Positions 50,402 to 60,551 of a stretch of 64,000 bases of DNA are shown piece by piece; the first letter of the stretch is position 1; each line of letters opens with the position of its first letter. The DNA lies in contig CAWJQU010000004.1 of NCBI GenBank assembly GCA_963845145.1, positions 352,001-416,000 of the forward strand. Direction: 5' to 3'. Below the pieces are notes generated by a model. That model saw only the letters and a list, made by a program, of their open reading frames with translations, was not told where the DNA came from and ran no database searches. The translations under genes and the position numbers were made by a program. Source of the stretch: an uncultured delta proteobacterium (GTDB lineage Bacteria > Desulfobacterota > Desulfobacteria > Desulfobacterales > QNYZ01).

Positions 50402-51565
50402 ATGAAACACATCACAAAAGATCCGATGTACCGGTTCCTTATCCTGATGACCATTTGTTCCACCCTGGGCCTACAGGTGTGGCGCACCCTTTTCAACAAT
50501 TTTGCGGTGGAGATCGCCCAGCTTGACGGCAGCCATATCGGCATCATTCAGTCTGTCAGGGAAATTCCAGGATTTCTCGCCCTTCTGGTGGTCTATTGTC
50601 TGCTGATAATTAAAGAGCACCGGTTGTCTGCACTATCTGTACTGGTTCTTGGGCTCGGCGTGGGCCTTACCGGATTGTTTCCAACATTTGCCGGGTTGAC
50701 GGCAACCACTCTGATAATGAGTTTCGGTTTTCATTATTACGAAACCACCAACCAGTCCCTGACACTGCAGTATTTTGATAAAAATACATCTCCCTGGGTG
50801 TTCGGAAAGCAGCGTAGTATCGCCGCGGCATCCAGTATCGGCGTTGGGCTCGTCATATATCTATGTGCCACAAGTTTATCATATAAAAATATCTATTTGA
50901 TTTTTGGACTGATACTTGCCGCTGCGGGTATCTGGGGCCTAACACAAAATCCAACACGCGCAAATCTGGCGCCCCAGCGGAAACAGATGATTTTTCGCAG
51001 AAAGTACTGGCTTTTCTATTTTCTCACATTTATGGCTGGGGCAAGACGGCAGATATTCATCGCCTTTGCCGTATTTCTCATGGTGAAGAAGTTTGAGTAT
51101 TCGGTTCAGGAAATTACCCTATTGTTCGTGGTCAATAATGCCATAAACTATTTTTTGAGCCCGGTTATCGGCAAAGCAATTATCCGGTTTGGTGAACGCA
51201 AAGTATTGTCCGTGGAGTATTTTAGCCTGTTCTTTGTGTTTATCGCTTATGCGTTGGTTCAGTCCAAAATGGTCGTGGCGGCTCTCTATATATTGGACCA
51301 TATTTTTTTCAATTTCGCCATCGCCATCAGAACCTATTTTCAAAAGGTGGGAGACCCAAGGGATATCGCACCGAGTATGGCTTTCGGATTTACCATTAAC
51401 CATATTGCTGCTGTGGCCTTGCCTGCCGTTGGCGGGATGTTGTGGATGCTGGATTACCGCATCCCCTTCATCGCAGGGGCTGTTATGAGTTTGATATCCC
51501 TGGCGGCTGTCCAGAAGATACCTTATTCTAAACCCCAATATCACGTAAAAAATGGGTCCATATAA
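50402..51565 (+). CDS. MFS transporter
   Basis: About 12 hydrophobic segments; SVREIPG, GFHYYET, GARRQIF, GFTINHIAAV. Confidence 0.85.
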   Translation: MKHITKDPMYRFLILMTICSTLGLQVWRTLFNNFAVEIAQLDGSHIGIIQSVREIPGFLALLVVYCLLIIKEHRLSALSVLVLGLGVGLTGLFPTFAGLTATTLIMSFGFHYYETTNQSLTLQYFDKNTSPWVFGKQRSIAAASSIGVGLVIYLCATSLSYKNIYLIFGLILAAAGIWGLTQNPTRANLAPQRKQMIFRRKYWLFYFLTFMAGARRQIFIAFAVFLMVKKFEYSVQEITLLFVVNNAINYFLSPVIGKAIIRFGERKVLSVEYFSLFFVFIAYALVQSKMVVAALYILDHIFFNFAIAIRTYFQKVGDPRDIAPSMAFGFTINHIAAVALPAVGGMLWMLDYRIPFIAGAVMSLISLAAVQKIPYSKPQYHVKNGSI

Positions 51566-51780
51566 ACGATCATTCTGCTTTGTTGGTGTGGCCATCCTTC
51601 ACGATTCTCTGGTCGCCATCTCGTTAACCCAGATAAGCAAGAACGTCTCACAAACTTTTACGGTTTTTTTAAATTTGACTTATGATGTATCGTAAATTAA
51701 CATTTTTAGTAAATGGCTGGGAGAAAACTTACTAATTTTGGAATTAGCTCTAAATACCATCTTTTTTATTGGAAGGTGTC

Positions 51781-52281
51781 ATGGGTTTTCGAAAAAAACT
51801 GATCTGTCGCTACATCACCATGGCTATTGCCTTACTTTACGTAGTTGTACCTTCTTGTATATCTGCGATAACTAAAAAAGTTCCTGCTGAGGTGAATTCG
51901 TTTAAGGAGGGTGCAGGTGAGAGCATGAGGGTTTTATGGACCATATCCGCATATTATCTGGGGCCGAATGCCCAGTGGGAAGATTCGCAAGCACAAGCAT
52001 TTCTTTTTAAACCACTGGATATTGGCTCATCGGAGATTGTCTTTGACGGTAAATCATGCCGTGATGTCCGATTTGAAGCCGAAACGGTTGACGCAAAATC
52101 CTATTTTACCCAGCGCTATGGAATTTCACCGCGAAAGCTCGGTATCGAGGATGGGACAATACGGGTTATTAAAACCAACTGTCGGCTTGACGGCTTTGCG
52201 GAATACATAAGACTGGGGGATCGACGATTGATCGCGGTGATAAATGGTGTTTTCTTTTTCTTTGCGCCAAATGTCAATTAG
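51781..52281 (+). CDS. Hypothetical exported protein
   Basis: Signal-like N-terminus; continuous ORF co-directional with the next gene. Confidence 0.6.
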   Translation: MGFRKKLICRYITMAIALLYVVVPSCISAITKKVPAEVNSFKEGAGESMRVLWTISAYYLGPNAQWEDSQAQAFLFKPLDIGSSEIVFDGKSCRDVRFEAETVDAKSYFTQRYGISPRKLGIEDGTIRVIKTNCRLDGFAEYIRLGDRRLIAVINGVFFFFAPNVN

Positions 52282-52304
52282 TCGCAGAAAGAGGCGGTGG
52301 AAGA

Positions 52305-53438
52305 ATGGATAGACGAAAGGCGATGACCTGCGGGCGGGTCATTTTTTTGTTTTTTACGGTATTCGCACTTCAAATATCCGCAACAGCGGATGAGCTAACT
52401 TTGCCGGCACCCTTGTCGCCCCGACTTTCTGTTGATGGGGGGACGTTGATCAACGGCATACCACTGAAAGCCGTTATTTTTGACCCGCAGCCGTCGGGCT
52501 TGAGACGGATTCGTCCGCCCGATAAATTGACTGCTCCACCGAGTGCCGCTGCTGCTACTTTTTCAATCACTTATGCGCCGAGCGGCGGTAGCGATCTGTG
52601 GGGGGAAACCTGCTACACCTTCCCAACGACGGCAAAAAACGCTTTCAACGCCGCTGCCAATATCTGGAAAGAGATTCTAAACTCGCAGGTTCCTATCACT
52701 ATCAAGGCGTGCTGGGCTGATTTGGGTTCCTCTTCAATATTGGGATACTCTGGTGGCGGGCCTTTGCACCGTGATTTTAGTGGCGCCACTCGCACCAACA
52801 CATGGTATAGCGGTTCGCTCGCCAATGCCCTGCATGGGGCCGATCTCTATTCGGGTGTTTTTGACATGCACATCACTTATAATCGCAACTTCAATTGGTA
52901 TTACGGTACGGATGGTAATCCATCCACAAGTCAGATGGACTTGATGACGGTTGTATTGCACGAAATTTGTCATGGCTTGAATTTTTCCGGGTCCATGCAA
53001 TACGCAAATGGTTCCGGCTCGTGGGGCTATAATACCGGCTATCCGAATATCTATGATGTCTATATGCGGGATGGCACGGGAAGATCGCTTATCAATACGG
53101 CTATTTATCCCAATAATTCGGCCACTCTCGGTGCAGTATTGATATCGGGAAACCTCTGGTTTCATGGCTCGCGGGCAATGGCGGCCAACGGTGGCCAACG
53201 CGTCAAAATGTATGCCCCTTCTTCCTGGAATCCGGGGTCGAGTTATTCCCATCTAGACTACGCTGTCTTTAATAATACGCCCAACCAACTGATGGTTTTC
53301 GCTGTCAGTGCCGGTGAATCCATCCACAACCCTGGCAGCATTACGAAAGGTTTGTTAAACGATTTGGGCTGGATAGCTGTATCATCGGGAGGTTCGACAT
53401 CTCTACCGTTTTTACCTTTGCTCCTGCTTAACCCTTAG
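52305..53438 (+). CDS. Secreted zincin-type metallopeptidase-like protein
   Basis: Signal peptide, VVLHEICHGLNF (HExxH), YAP..WNPGSSYSHLD, hydrophobic C-terminal tail. Confidence 0.75.
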   Translation: MDRRKAMTCGRVIFLFFTVFALQISATADELTLPAPLSPRLSVDGGTLINGIPLKAVIFDPQPSGLRRIRPPDKLTAPPSAAAATFSITYAPSGGSDLWGETCYTFPTTAKNAFNAAANIWKEILNSQVPITIKACWADLGSSSILGYSGGGPLHRDFSGATRTNTWYSGSLANALHGADLYSGVFDMHITYNRNFNWYYGTDGNPSTSQMDLMTVVLHEICHGLNFSGSMQYANGSGSWGYNTGYPNIYDVYMRDGTGRSLINTAIYPNNSATLGAVLISGNLWFHGSRAMAANGGQRVKMYAPSSWNPGSSYSHLDYAVFNNTPNQLMVFAVSAGESIHNPGSITKGLLNDLGWIAVSSGGSTSLPFLPLLLLNP

Positions 53439-53500
53439 GAACCTGCAAGTAACACGGATAATATTGTGACTTAATATTGTGAATTTGGGGGGGGACCGAT

Positions 53501-54367
53501 TTAAAGGCCATTTCCTTCAGCTTTAGCCTCATCCAGGTTTTGTTGGGCGGCTGTAATTAAATCTTCAGGACTTAAACGGTGGGCGAATTGCGCGTATCCG
53601 ATACGGATGCCGATTTGGCAGATTTCCCGAATAGCCGATTCAATTCGGTTTATGATGATTTGGGTTATCTCTAAATCTGAATCGATCGCGATGACGGCAA
53701 ATTTGCCGCGTTGGAATCGATAGCAGGTGTCTACCCCCTGACGGGTCCGGGTGAAAAGAATACCCCCCACCTCCTGGAGGATTTTATCCGTTTCATCCAT
53801 TTTTGATGCATCATGATCTTGGGCGAATTCATCTAATTCGAGAAAGAGCAATGCCAGTGGATTTCTCTGCCGCTCCGCGCGGATGACCTCGTCTCTTAAG
53901 GTCGAATAGAATTGTTTTTCGTTGAATAGCCCTGTAAGCGTATCTTTAATGGAGAGCTTTTCCAGCTCAATTTTAAGGTTTCGTTCTGCGATAACCCGTT
54001 TCATCTTGGCTTCAAGCTCATCGATGCCAAAGGGTTTGTTAATAAAATCGGCCGCACCGGAGTTAACGACATCAACCCAGCTGTAATCCATATAAAAACC
54101 GGTCATAATAATCGCGAGGACGTCCGGAAATTCATCCTGTATCCTCTCGAGCAATTCCAGCCCTGTCATGCCCGGCATTCGAATATCGGTTAACAACATT
54201 GAATAAGGCTTTTCGCTTAATGCCTTCAATGCCTTCTCACCGCTATCGGTAGACTCTGCCTTAAAACCCAGGTGGTTCAGCATCCCCACGATGGGTTGAC
54301 TGACAAATTTTTCATCATCGACCACCAGCACTAACTCTTTTCCGTAATCGTCCTTGTTGATGCTCAC
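53501..54367 (-). CDS. Response regulator with degenerate GGDEF domain
   Basis: VVDDE, TDIRMP, KPF receiver; DTLTGLFN; RFQRGKF in place of RYGGDEF. Confidence 0.85.
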   Translation of the reverse strand: MSINKDDYGKELVLVVDDEKFVSQPIVGMLNHLGFKAESTDSGEKALKALSEKPYSMLLTDIRMPGMTGLELLERIQDEFPDVLAIIMTGFYMDYSWVDVVNSGAADFINKPFGIDELEAKMKRVIAERNLKIELEKLSIKDTLTGLFNEKQFYSTLRDEVIRAERQRNPLALLFLELDEFAQDHDASKMDETDKILQEVGGILFTRTRQGVDTCYRFQRGKFAVIAIDSDLEITQIIINRIESAIREICQIGIRIGYAQFAHRLSPEDLITAAQQNLDEAKAEGNGL

Positions 54368-54566
54368 AAGTCAAAACCTATTCGTTTTGGTGATTATTGG
54401 TTTAAATAAGAATTCGAATGTTCTAAAAAAATACCATTAATCCTTTGAAAAATCAATTATTGAAAGGACCGTGAAGGCTTCGAAGGCTTGAATATTTGAC
54501 AGATTGAAGCTATTTTGAAACTGTAACCGTGAAAAAACCATATCCGCGACACGAAAGGAAATCCGT

Positions 54567-54839
54567 ATGAGTGTAAATATTCATATTCACAAAACCCACC
54601 GCCAGCACACCAACGGTTTGAGTGTGGTTGAAACCGATGGCGCAACGGTCGGTGAATGTATTTCATACTTGATCAGCCAGTTTCCCGATTTAAAACCCGA
54701 ACTGTTTGATGATAGTGGTAAAATAAAGAGAACGATCGAAATTTATTTAAATATGGAAAGTGCCTACCCGGATGAATTGGCCAAACCGGTAAAAGACAGC
54801 GATGAAATACATTTGACCTTGCTTCTGGCCGGGGGATAA
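54567..54839 (+). CDS. MoaD/ThiS-family protein
   Basis: GATVGECI..L...FP.L, C-terminal AGG. Confidence 0.85.
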   Translation: MSVNIHIHKTHRQHTNGLSVVETDGATVGECISYLISQFPDLKPELFDDSGKIKRTIEIYLNMESAYPDELAKPVKDSDEIHLTLLLAGG

Positions 54840-54988
54840 AGACCGCCTCGAAGGGCCTCGGTCGAAGAATGTCCGGAAGCTTTTTTTGCGGGCTTTTGGC
54901 TCATGTTTTTGCCTTGCCGGTGCTCCGGCACTGATATCGAATGCGCAGCCAGATTGATCACTCCTGCGATAATTGGAAATTTTAGACC

Positions 54989-56077
54989 ATGACACGTGAA
55001 ACGATCAATAAAACGACCCTTTTATTACTGGTACTGGGTATATCGCTTCTTTTTCTGGCGATGATCCGTCATTTTTTAATGGCGCTCCTGCTGGCAGGAA
55101 TCTTTTCGGCTATGGCCCATCCCCTCTATCGTCGCTTTGAAAAATGGCTGGGGGGCCGGAGCGGTCTGGCGTCATTGGCGACCTTACTGGTGATCATCAT
55201 TGTTCTCATCCTACCTTTGGGCGGATTTATAGGGCTTATAACAGCAGAAGCGATAAAAGTGGGGCAATCGGTCACACCATGGGTTGAAAAACTTTCCAGT
55301 GAACCGGGCGCATTTTCGAACCTGCTTCAATCCATCCCTTTTTACGACCAAATCGAACCCTATCGGGAAACCATTATTCGGAAAGCCGGAGAAGCGGTTG
55401 GGATCGTCAGTAAATTTTTAATTAACAACCTGTCGTCGGTTACCCGAGGAACGATGAATTTCTTTTTTCTAACCTTCATTTTTCTTTATGCCGTATTTTA
55501 TTTTTTGATGGATGGCAATCGGTTGTTATCAAGAATTCTCTACTATCTGCCGTTAGAAGATGAAGACGAGCACCGGATGTTGGATAAATTCACTTCAGTG
55601 ACCCGGGCCACCTTAAAAGGTACGGCCGTCATCGGAATTCTTCAGGGGGGGCTGGCCGGGTTGGCGTTGGCTGTTGTTGGTATCCCCAGTGCGATCTTTT
55701 GGGGAACCATCATGGCGGTGCTTTCCATTATTCCCGGGATTGGCACGGCATTGGTCTGGGGACCGGCGGCCGTTATTTTAGCCTTTGGCGGACAATGGTT
55801 TAAAGCCATCGGATTGGTAATCTTTTGTGGGGTGGTGGTCGGCAGTATCGACAATGTGCTGCGACCGCGCCTGGTTGGAAAAGATACGGAGATGCACGAT
55901 CTGTTGATTCTATTTTCCACGTTGGGAGGGATCTCGTTTTTCGGAATCGTCGGCTTTATCCTCGGGCCAATTTTGGCAGCGCTTTTTGTGACCATCTGGG
56001 AGATGTACGGGACTGCCTTTAAAGACGTTCTGCCGATGGTTGTTACCGCTGACGGCGACCAAAATGGTGAAAAATAA
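54989..56077 (+). CDS. AI-2E family transporter
   Basis: FYFLMDG, IP.IGTALVW.P, DNVLRPRLVG, STLGG...FG..GFILGP. Confidence 0.92.
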   Translation: MTRETINKTTLLLLVLGISLLFLAMIRHFLMALLLAGIFSAMAHPLYRRFEKWLGGRSGLASLATLLVIIIVLILPLGGFIGLITAEAIKVGQSVTPWVEKLSSEPGAFSNLLQSIPFYDQIEPYRETIIRKAGEAVGIVSKFLINNLSSVTRGTMNFFFLTFIFLYAVFYFLMDGNRLLSRILYYLPLEDEDEHRMLDKFTSVTRATLKGTAVIGILQGGLAGLALAVVGIPSAIFWGTIMAVLSIIPGIGTALVWGPAAVILAFGGQWFKAIGLVIFCGVVVGSIDNVLRPRLVGKDTEMHDLLILFSTLGGISFFGIVGFILGPILAALFVTIWEMYGTAFKDVLPMVVTADGDQNGEK

Positions 56078-56115
56078 AGTTTGATCAAAAAATGTCTGCC
56101 GATGCACATGAATGC

Positions 56116-56143
56116 TTGACAAATTTATTTATAGTTTTATAAT
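56116..56143 (+). promoter_or_regulatory. Consensus sigma70 promoter of arsR-arsM
   Basis: TTGACA-16 nt-TATAAT, ending 7 nt before ATG 56151. Confidence 0.75.
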
Positions 56144-56158
56144 TCAATATATGTCGAA
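56143..56158. promoter_or_regulatory. Putative ArsR operator 1
   Basis: TTCAA-N6-TCGAA over the predicted transcription start and ATG; matches operator 2. Confidence 0.6.
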
Positions 56159-56468
56159 TAATAAAAACAATAAACTTGAAAGATATGCCGAGATTTTTAA
56201 GGCATTGTCCAATCAGAACCGACTAAAGATATTCTGGAGCCTGGCTACCTGTTGTAAGCCTGGCACGGTTGGGGTTATCGAGTCTGAAAACACAGCCTGT
56301 GTCGGGGATATCGGTAAGGATTTGGATATCGTCCCATCGACGGTATCCCATCATATCAAAGAGTTGCGCCGTGCGGGATTAATTAAAACCAACCGTCGGG
56401 GACAGCATATCGAATGTTGGGTAGACCCCGGAATTTTGAAAGAATTAATGGCTTTTTTTTCATTTTAA
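56151..56468 (+). CDS. arsR: ArsR/SmtB-family transcriptional repressor
   Basis: FKALSNQNRLKI, TCC, ACVGDI, STVSHHIKELRRAGLI. Confidence 0.9.
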   Translation: MSNNKNNKLERYAEIFKALSNQNRLKIFWSLATCCKPGTVGVIESENTACVGDIGKDLDIVPSTVSHHIKELRRAGLIKTNRRGQHIECWVDPGILKELMAFFSF

Positions 56469-56496
56469 TCAGGGCCCTTTTTTTTGGGGCAATAAC

Positions 56497-56512
56497 TTCG
56501 ATAAGTGTCGAA
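56497..56512. promoter_or_regulatory. Putative ArsR operator 2
   Basis: TTCGA-N6-TCGAA palindrome upstream of the arsM RBS. Confidence 0.6.
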
Positions 56513-56538
56513 CAATAAAACTAAGGAGGCGTGGAATC

Positions 56539-57342
56539 ATGGAAACAACGAATTTGGAAGAAATCCGGCAATCAGTGAGAAATCGATATGGTGAGATTGC
56601 CAGCAAGGCGTCGTCAGGTTGTGGTTGCAGTACACCTTCATCCTGCTGCGGTAGTTCTTCAGGGTCCATTGAAGAAATGACGCAGGCTTTGGGTTACACC
56701 AAAGAACAGTTGGACAGCGCACCGGAAGGTGCCAATATGGGACTCGGTTGTGGCAATCCCCAGGCAATAGCCTCACTAAAACAAGGGGAAACGGTTTTAG
56801 ACCTGGGAAGTGGCGGTGGATTTGATTGCTTTCTAGCGGCTGAAACGGTCGGCGAATCCGGTCGGGTTATCGGTGTGGATATGACCGCCGCTATGGTCAG
56901 CAAAGCGCGCCGAAATGCGGAGAAGCTGGTCCTTAAAAATGTTGAGTTCAGGTTAGGTGAGATCGAGCACCTCCCAGTAGCCGATGCAAGTGTGGATGTG
57001 ATTATCTCAAACTGCGTCATCAATCTTTCCCCTGAGAAAACTGGGGTATTTCGGGAAGCTTGGCGGGTGCTGAAACCCGGCGGCCGTCTGGCGATATTAG
57101 ACGTCGTGGCGCTTCAGACATTACCCGATGAAATCAAAGCCGATCTATCCCTGATATCCGGGTGCGTTGGGGGGGCGGAGAAGATTGAAGATATTGAAAA
57201 GAGGCTTCAGAAAGCCGGTTTCCAGGATATCAATATTCGACCCAAAAATGAAAGCCGTGAAACGATTCGGGAGTGGTTTCCGGGGCGAAGCCTTGAAGAT
57301 TATGTGACCTCAGCTACCATTGAGGCAATTAAGCCGTTTTGA
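56539..57342 (+). CDS. arsM: Arsenite S-adenosylmethionine methyltransferase
   Basis: SCCG, GLGCGNP, LDLGSGGGFD, ISNCVINL, SGCVGGA; next to arsR. Confidence 0.92.
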   Translation: METTNLEEIRQSVRNRYGEIASKASSGCGCSTPSSCCGSSSGSIEEMTQALGYTKEQLDSAPEGANMGLGCGNPQAIASLKQGETVLDLGSGGGFDCFLAAETVGESGRVIGVDMTAAMVSKARRNAEKLVLKNVEFRLGEIEHLPVADASVDVIISNCVINLSPEKTGVFREAWRVLKPGGRLAILDVVALQTLPDEIKADLSLISGCVGGAEKIEDIEKRLQKAGFQDINIRPKNESRETIREWFPGRSLEDYVTSATIEAIKPF

Positions 57343-57393
57343 TGTCATTCGATAAAACAGATCCCGGTATATACGAAAATTATATACACTCGT

Positions 57394-58494
57394 TTAGCGC
57401 TTGAGTTGCATCAATCGGCGTTCGCAGAGCTCAACGAGTGCATCTTTCGTTTTGGACTTGCTCTTAAAGTCAGAATGCCAACGCCTTTCATGTGCAGCAT
57501 GCAATTCGGAAATGGTTTGCGGGTCGATACCGGTCCACATTCGATCAGCCAATTGTGAAAATGTGGCCAAATCGTCCCACCCGGTTTCCGGCCATCTTTC
57601 CTTCAACGCATCGTAGAGGGTAAAACCCGTTTCCGCCAGGGTTTTAGTCTGTATCCAATAATCGACGACATCATGCATGTATTCGGGGATGTCAAAAGAG
57701 CGCGATCCGGCGTCGTAAATCGTGCAGCGTTCGATGGGATAGGCGAGTTCTTCGTATTGCGAAAGGGCGAATTCCGGTGTTACCAAGGCGTTGTTTCGAA
57801 TCAGATCCGTGCCCGGGATTCGGATTTTAAGGGGGGAGCGATTATCCGCCATGCCAAACCGACCTTCAATATAGACAATGATCGTTCGGCCGTAGACCGG
57901 ATTCATTCGGCGCAGTTTTCGATCCACTTTGCGTAGAATCTTTTCGGTGTTTTCGCATCCGATTGTAAAAAAGATAAGGTTGTTCAATCGCCTGCGGTTG
58001 ACGCGCAGGTGATCCAGGAAAATGTTAAAGCCGATGTCGACCGTTGTGCCGGTGGCAACAACATCCCCCACCAGAAGCGTAGCATCGTCGGGGATTTCGA
58101 TTTTCCGATATTGGTTCTCACGAATATGCCACTTGCCGTTAACGAGTTTACGCTGGGAGGTCATAAAGGCGGAGGCATGCCGATTGAACCCATAAGCATG
58201 GTACAGCGCTTCGCGCAGTGAAAAATTTAAGCCGCCCCTTAAAAATGTGAAAACACAGAATTGCTCCTGAGGTACTTTTAAAATAAATTCGTTATCCGGA
58301 AGGTACTTAAATGCGGCGATCATCGCCTTTAGCATATGATCGGTATATTCTACGCCGAGCAGCTCGGGGACATTGCAGATTTTGCGCGTTTGAGGGGTGG
58401 AGATCACATAACGATCAATCCGGCTATCGGTATTATCGCTGATACGGTAGTAACTTATCTCCGGGGACTTTTTGATCATTTCCAGATGGGCCAT
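57394..58494 (-). CDS. Hypothetical phosphoribosyltransferase-like protein
   Basis: FLRGGLNF and LLVGDVVATGTT resemble type I PRTase (UPRT-like) motifs. Confidence 0.65.
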   Translation of the reverse strand: MAHLEMIKKSPEISYYRISDNTDSRIDRYVISTPQTRKICNVPELLGVEYTDHMLKAMIAAFKYLPDNEFILKVPQEQFCVFTFLRGGLNFSLREALYHAYGFNRHASAFMTSQRKLVNGKWHIRENQYRKIEIPDDATLLVGDVVATGTTVDIGFNIFLDHLRVNRRRLNNLIFFTIGCENTEKILRKVDRKLRRMNPVYGRTIIVYIEGRFGMADNRSPLKIRIPGTDLIRNNALVTPEFALSQYEELAYPIERCTIYDAGSRSFDIPEYMHDVVDYWIQTKTLAETGFTLYDALKERWPETGWDDLATFSQLADRMWTGIDPQTISELHAAHERRWHSDFKSKSKTKDALVELCERRLMQLKR

Positions 58495-58651
58495 GTTAAA
58501 TTCTCTCTATTCTATTGTTGGATTTCTCAGAGCGGTGTTATGCGTGCGGTTATCAGAACAGCGATATCAAGTCAAAAACTTTATATTTCCATGGATGAAA
58601 TAATAGTATACGTTCATCTCAAATTGACCATCAACGAAACAGGAAGTGATT

Positions 58652-59869
58652 ATGGTGGATCTGTCAGAAAAAGTGAAAAATTCCCTGGAAGTTACCTCCG
58701 GATGCACGGAACCGGCGGCCATAGCGTTTTGTGCCAGCTTTGCCGGTAAATATCTGGGGGAGGATCCCCGATCGATCCGGTTAACCATTGACCGGCGTAC
58801 CTATAAAAATGCGTTTGGGGCCGGTATTCCCAACGCCGGAGACCGCAAGGGGAGCGAATGGGCGTTGCTGCTTGGATTTGTCAGGGGTTGTCCCGAACAA
58901 AGGCTCGCCATATTCGCCGGTTTAGACCCGGCAACTGTCGAACGGGCCGATGAACTTCAAAATCAATCCCTTGTTACGACTGATTTGCTCGACCTGGATA
59001 CCCTTTTTATCGGCATTGTGGCAAAAGGCAACCATCATACCGTGGAAGCGGCCATAGAGGTCGGCCATTCGCATGTTTCCCGCGTGGTTGTGGATGGCCG
59101 GGTTATCGTTGAAGATGCTAAGCCGGAGGCGGGCGCTGCTTCAAAAATATACGCATTTGATGAAACGATTTATTCACATGCGTACTGGCCGGATCTGGTC
59201 GAAACGCTTTATATCGATAAGTCCCTGATGGCAAAGATCCAACAGGGGATTGAATGCAACATGGCCGCCGCTGAGTATGGTCGAAAATACATCTCTGGGA
59301 GCAATGAGGTGGACTCCCTGGTTATGGGGGCCATATATGCCCGAATGAGTGGGGATTCTATTCCCGTCATGAGTTGCGCCGGGTCCGGTAACAAGGGGTT
59401 GACCTGCATGATCCCGGTGGTTGCGTATGCAAACAAGAACCACCTGGACGAAGATCAGAAACTAAAAGGCGTTCTACTTTCAATCCTTATGACTGTCATC
59501 GTGACATCCCGTTTCGGTGAAGTCTCATCGGTGTGCGGGGCTCAATACGCGGCGGGGGGCGGCATTATCGCCGGCATTTTGTTCCTGAAAAATAGTCTGG
59601 ATCTTTTTACCGGCGCATACAATAATTTTATTTCCGCTGTTGGCGGCGGTTTTTGTGATGGCGCCAAGGGTAGCTGTTCCATGCGCGGCAATGTCGCCGT
59701 CTCCACAGCTCTCACCAGTATCACCCATGCGGAAAACGGATTTATCGTATCAGGTCGAGATGGTTTTCTCGGCGATACCTTTAAAGAAACCCTTGACCAT
59801 CTCGCCCAATATAATCCCCTGGTTGCACGGTTTGAACGGGAAACCATCGATATTCTATTAAACAAATAA
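58652..59869 (+). CDS. L-cysteine desulfidase/serine dehydratase alpha (YhaM/CdsB-like) family protein
   Basis: GCTEPAAIA, ARMSG..IPVMSCAGSGNKG, SSVCG, CDGAKGSC. Confidence 0.85.
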   Translation: MVDLSEKVKNSLEVTSGCTEPAAIAFCASFAGKYLGEDPRSIRLTIDRRTYKNAFGAGIPNAGDRKGSEWALLLGFVRGCPEQRLAIFAGLDPATVERADELQNQSLVTTDLLDLDTLFIGIVAKGNHHTVEAAIEVGHSHVSRVVVDGRVIVEDAKPEAGAASKIYAFDETIYSHAYWPDLVETLYIDKSLMAKIQQGIECNMAAAEYGRKYISGSNEVDSLVMGAIYARMSGDSIPVMSCAGSGNKGLTCMIPVVAYANKNHLDEDQKLKGVLLSILMTVIVTSRFGEVSSVCGAQYAAGGGIIAGILFLKNSLDLFTGAYNNFISAVGGGFCDGAKGSCSMRGNVAVSTALTSITHAENGFIVSGRDGFLGDTFKETLDHLAQYNPLVARFERETIDILLNK

Positions 59870-60058
59870 GGTTTAAGGTTGGCGGATACGTGATAAGCCC
59901 AATCCACCTGAGGCAGGCAAGTATCTGCATTGGACTTCTTGTCTTGTTTTCGGCAAAGGTCCTAAGTACGCATTATAAAGTAAAACACTATACGACGTAT
60001 TATGTATTTTCCCAAACCGCATGACAGTTTGTTTTTGTTGATATTATCGGTGAAAAAC

Positions 60059-60086
60059 TTGACAATTGGAGCGGATTGGCTAAAAA
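60059..60086 (+). promoter_or_regulatory. Sigma70-like promoter
   Basis: TTGACA-16 nt-TAAAAT upstream of the PilZ gene. Confidence 0.5.
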
Positions 60087-60145
60087 TATAAAAAATGTAC
60101 CTACCGAGGTTTTTTATAGAATGAATCTTTTGAGGAGGTAGCCAG

Positions 60146-60493
60146 ATGGGTGTTTCCAAACGCAAAAAAGACGAAACTGAACGTCGGCAACATATGCGCG
60201 TGGACCAGAGAATTTCAATTGATATGCATCTTGACTCGTATAAGAATAGTATCAAGGGCGAAACTCACAACTTGAGCCCCGCTGGTGTTTATTGCGAAGT
60301 GGATCAACCCATTGCTGAAATGACCCAGTTAATGATTGTCCTCGATTTACCGGATGCCCAAGTGAAATGTGAAGGAACGGTGGTTCGGTCGGTGGAAGTC
60401 AAGAATCATTCCGATTTATATCAGCTGGCGATTTTCTTTCATAAGATTTCAGATGAAGCCACCCAGGAGCTGGTTAAATATTTATTGGGGTAA
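60146..60493 (+). CDS. PilZ domain protein
   Basis: ERRQHMR (RxxxR) and NLSPAG (D/NxSxxG); GAGGAGG RBS. Confidence 0.88.
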   Translation: MGVSKRKKDETERRQHMRVDQRISIDMHLDSYKNSIKGETHNLSPAGVYCEVDQPIAEMTQLMIVLDLPDAQVKCEGTVVRSVEVKNHSDLYQLAIFFHKISDEATQELVKYLLG

Positions 60494-60551
60494 AATATTT
60501 TTTTCTCAAATCAACTTAACGAATAGAGAGCAAGTAATTGGGAGAATGACA

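Noticed and set aside
56539..57342. ArsM as a selenoprotein
   Set aside because: All conserved positions are Cys codons and the terminal TGA falls at the normal C-terminus.
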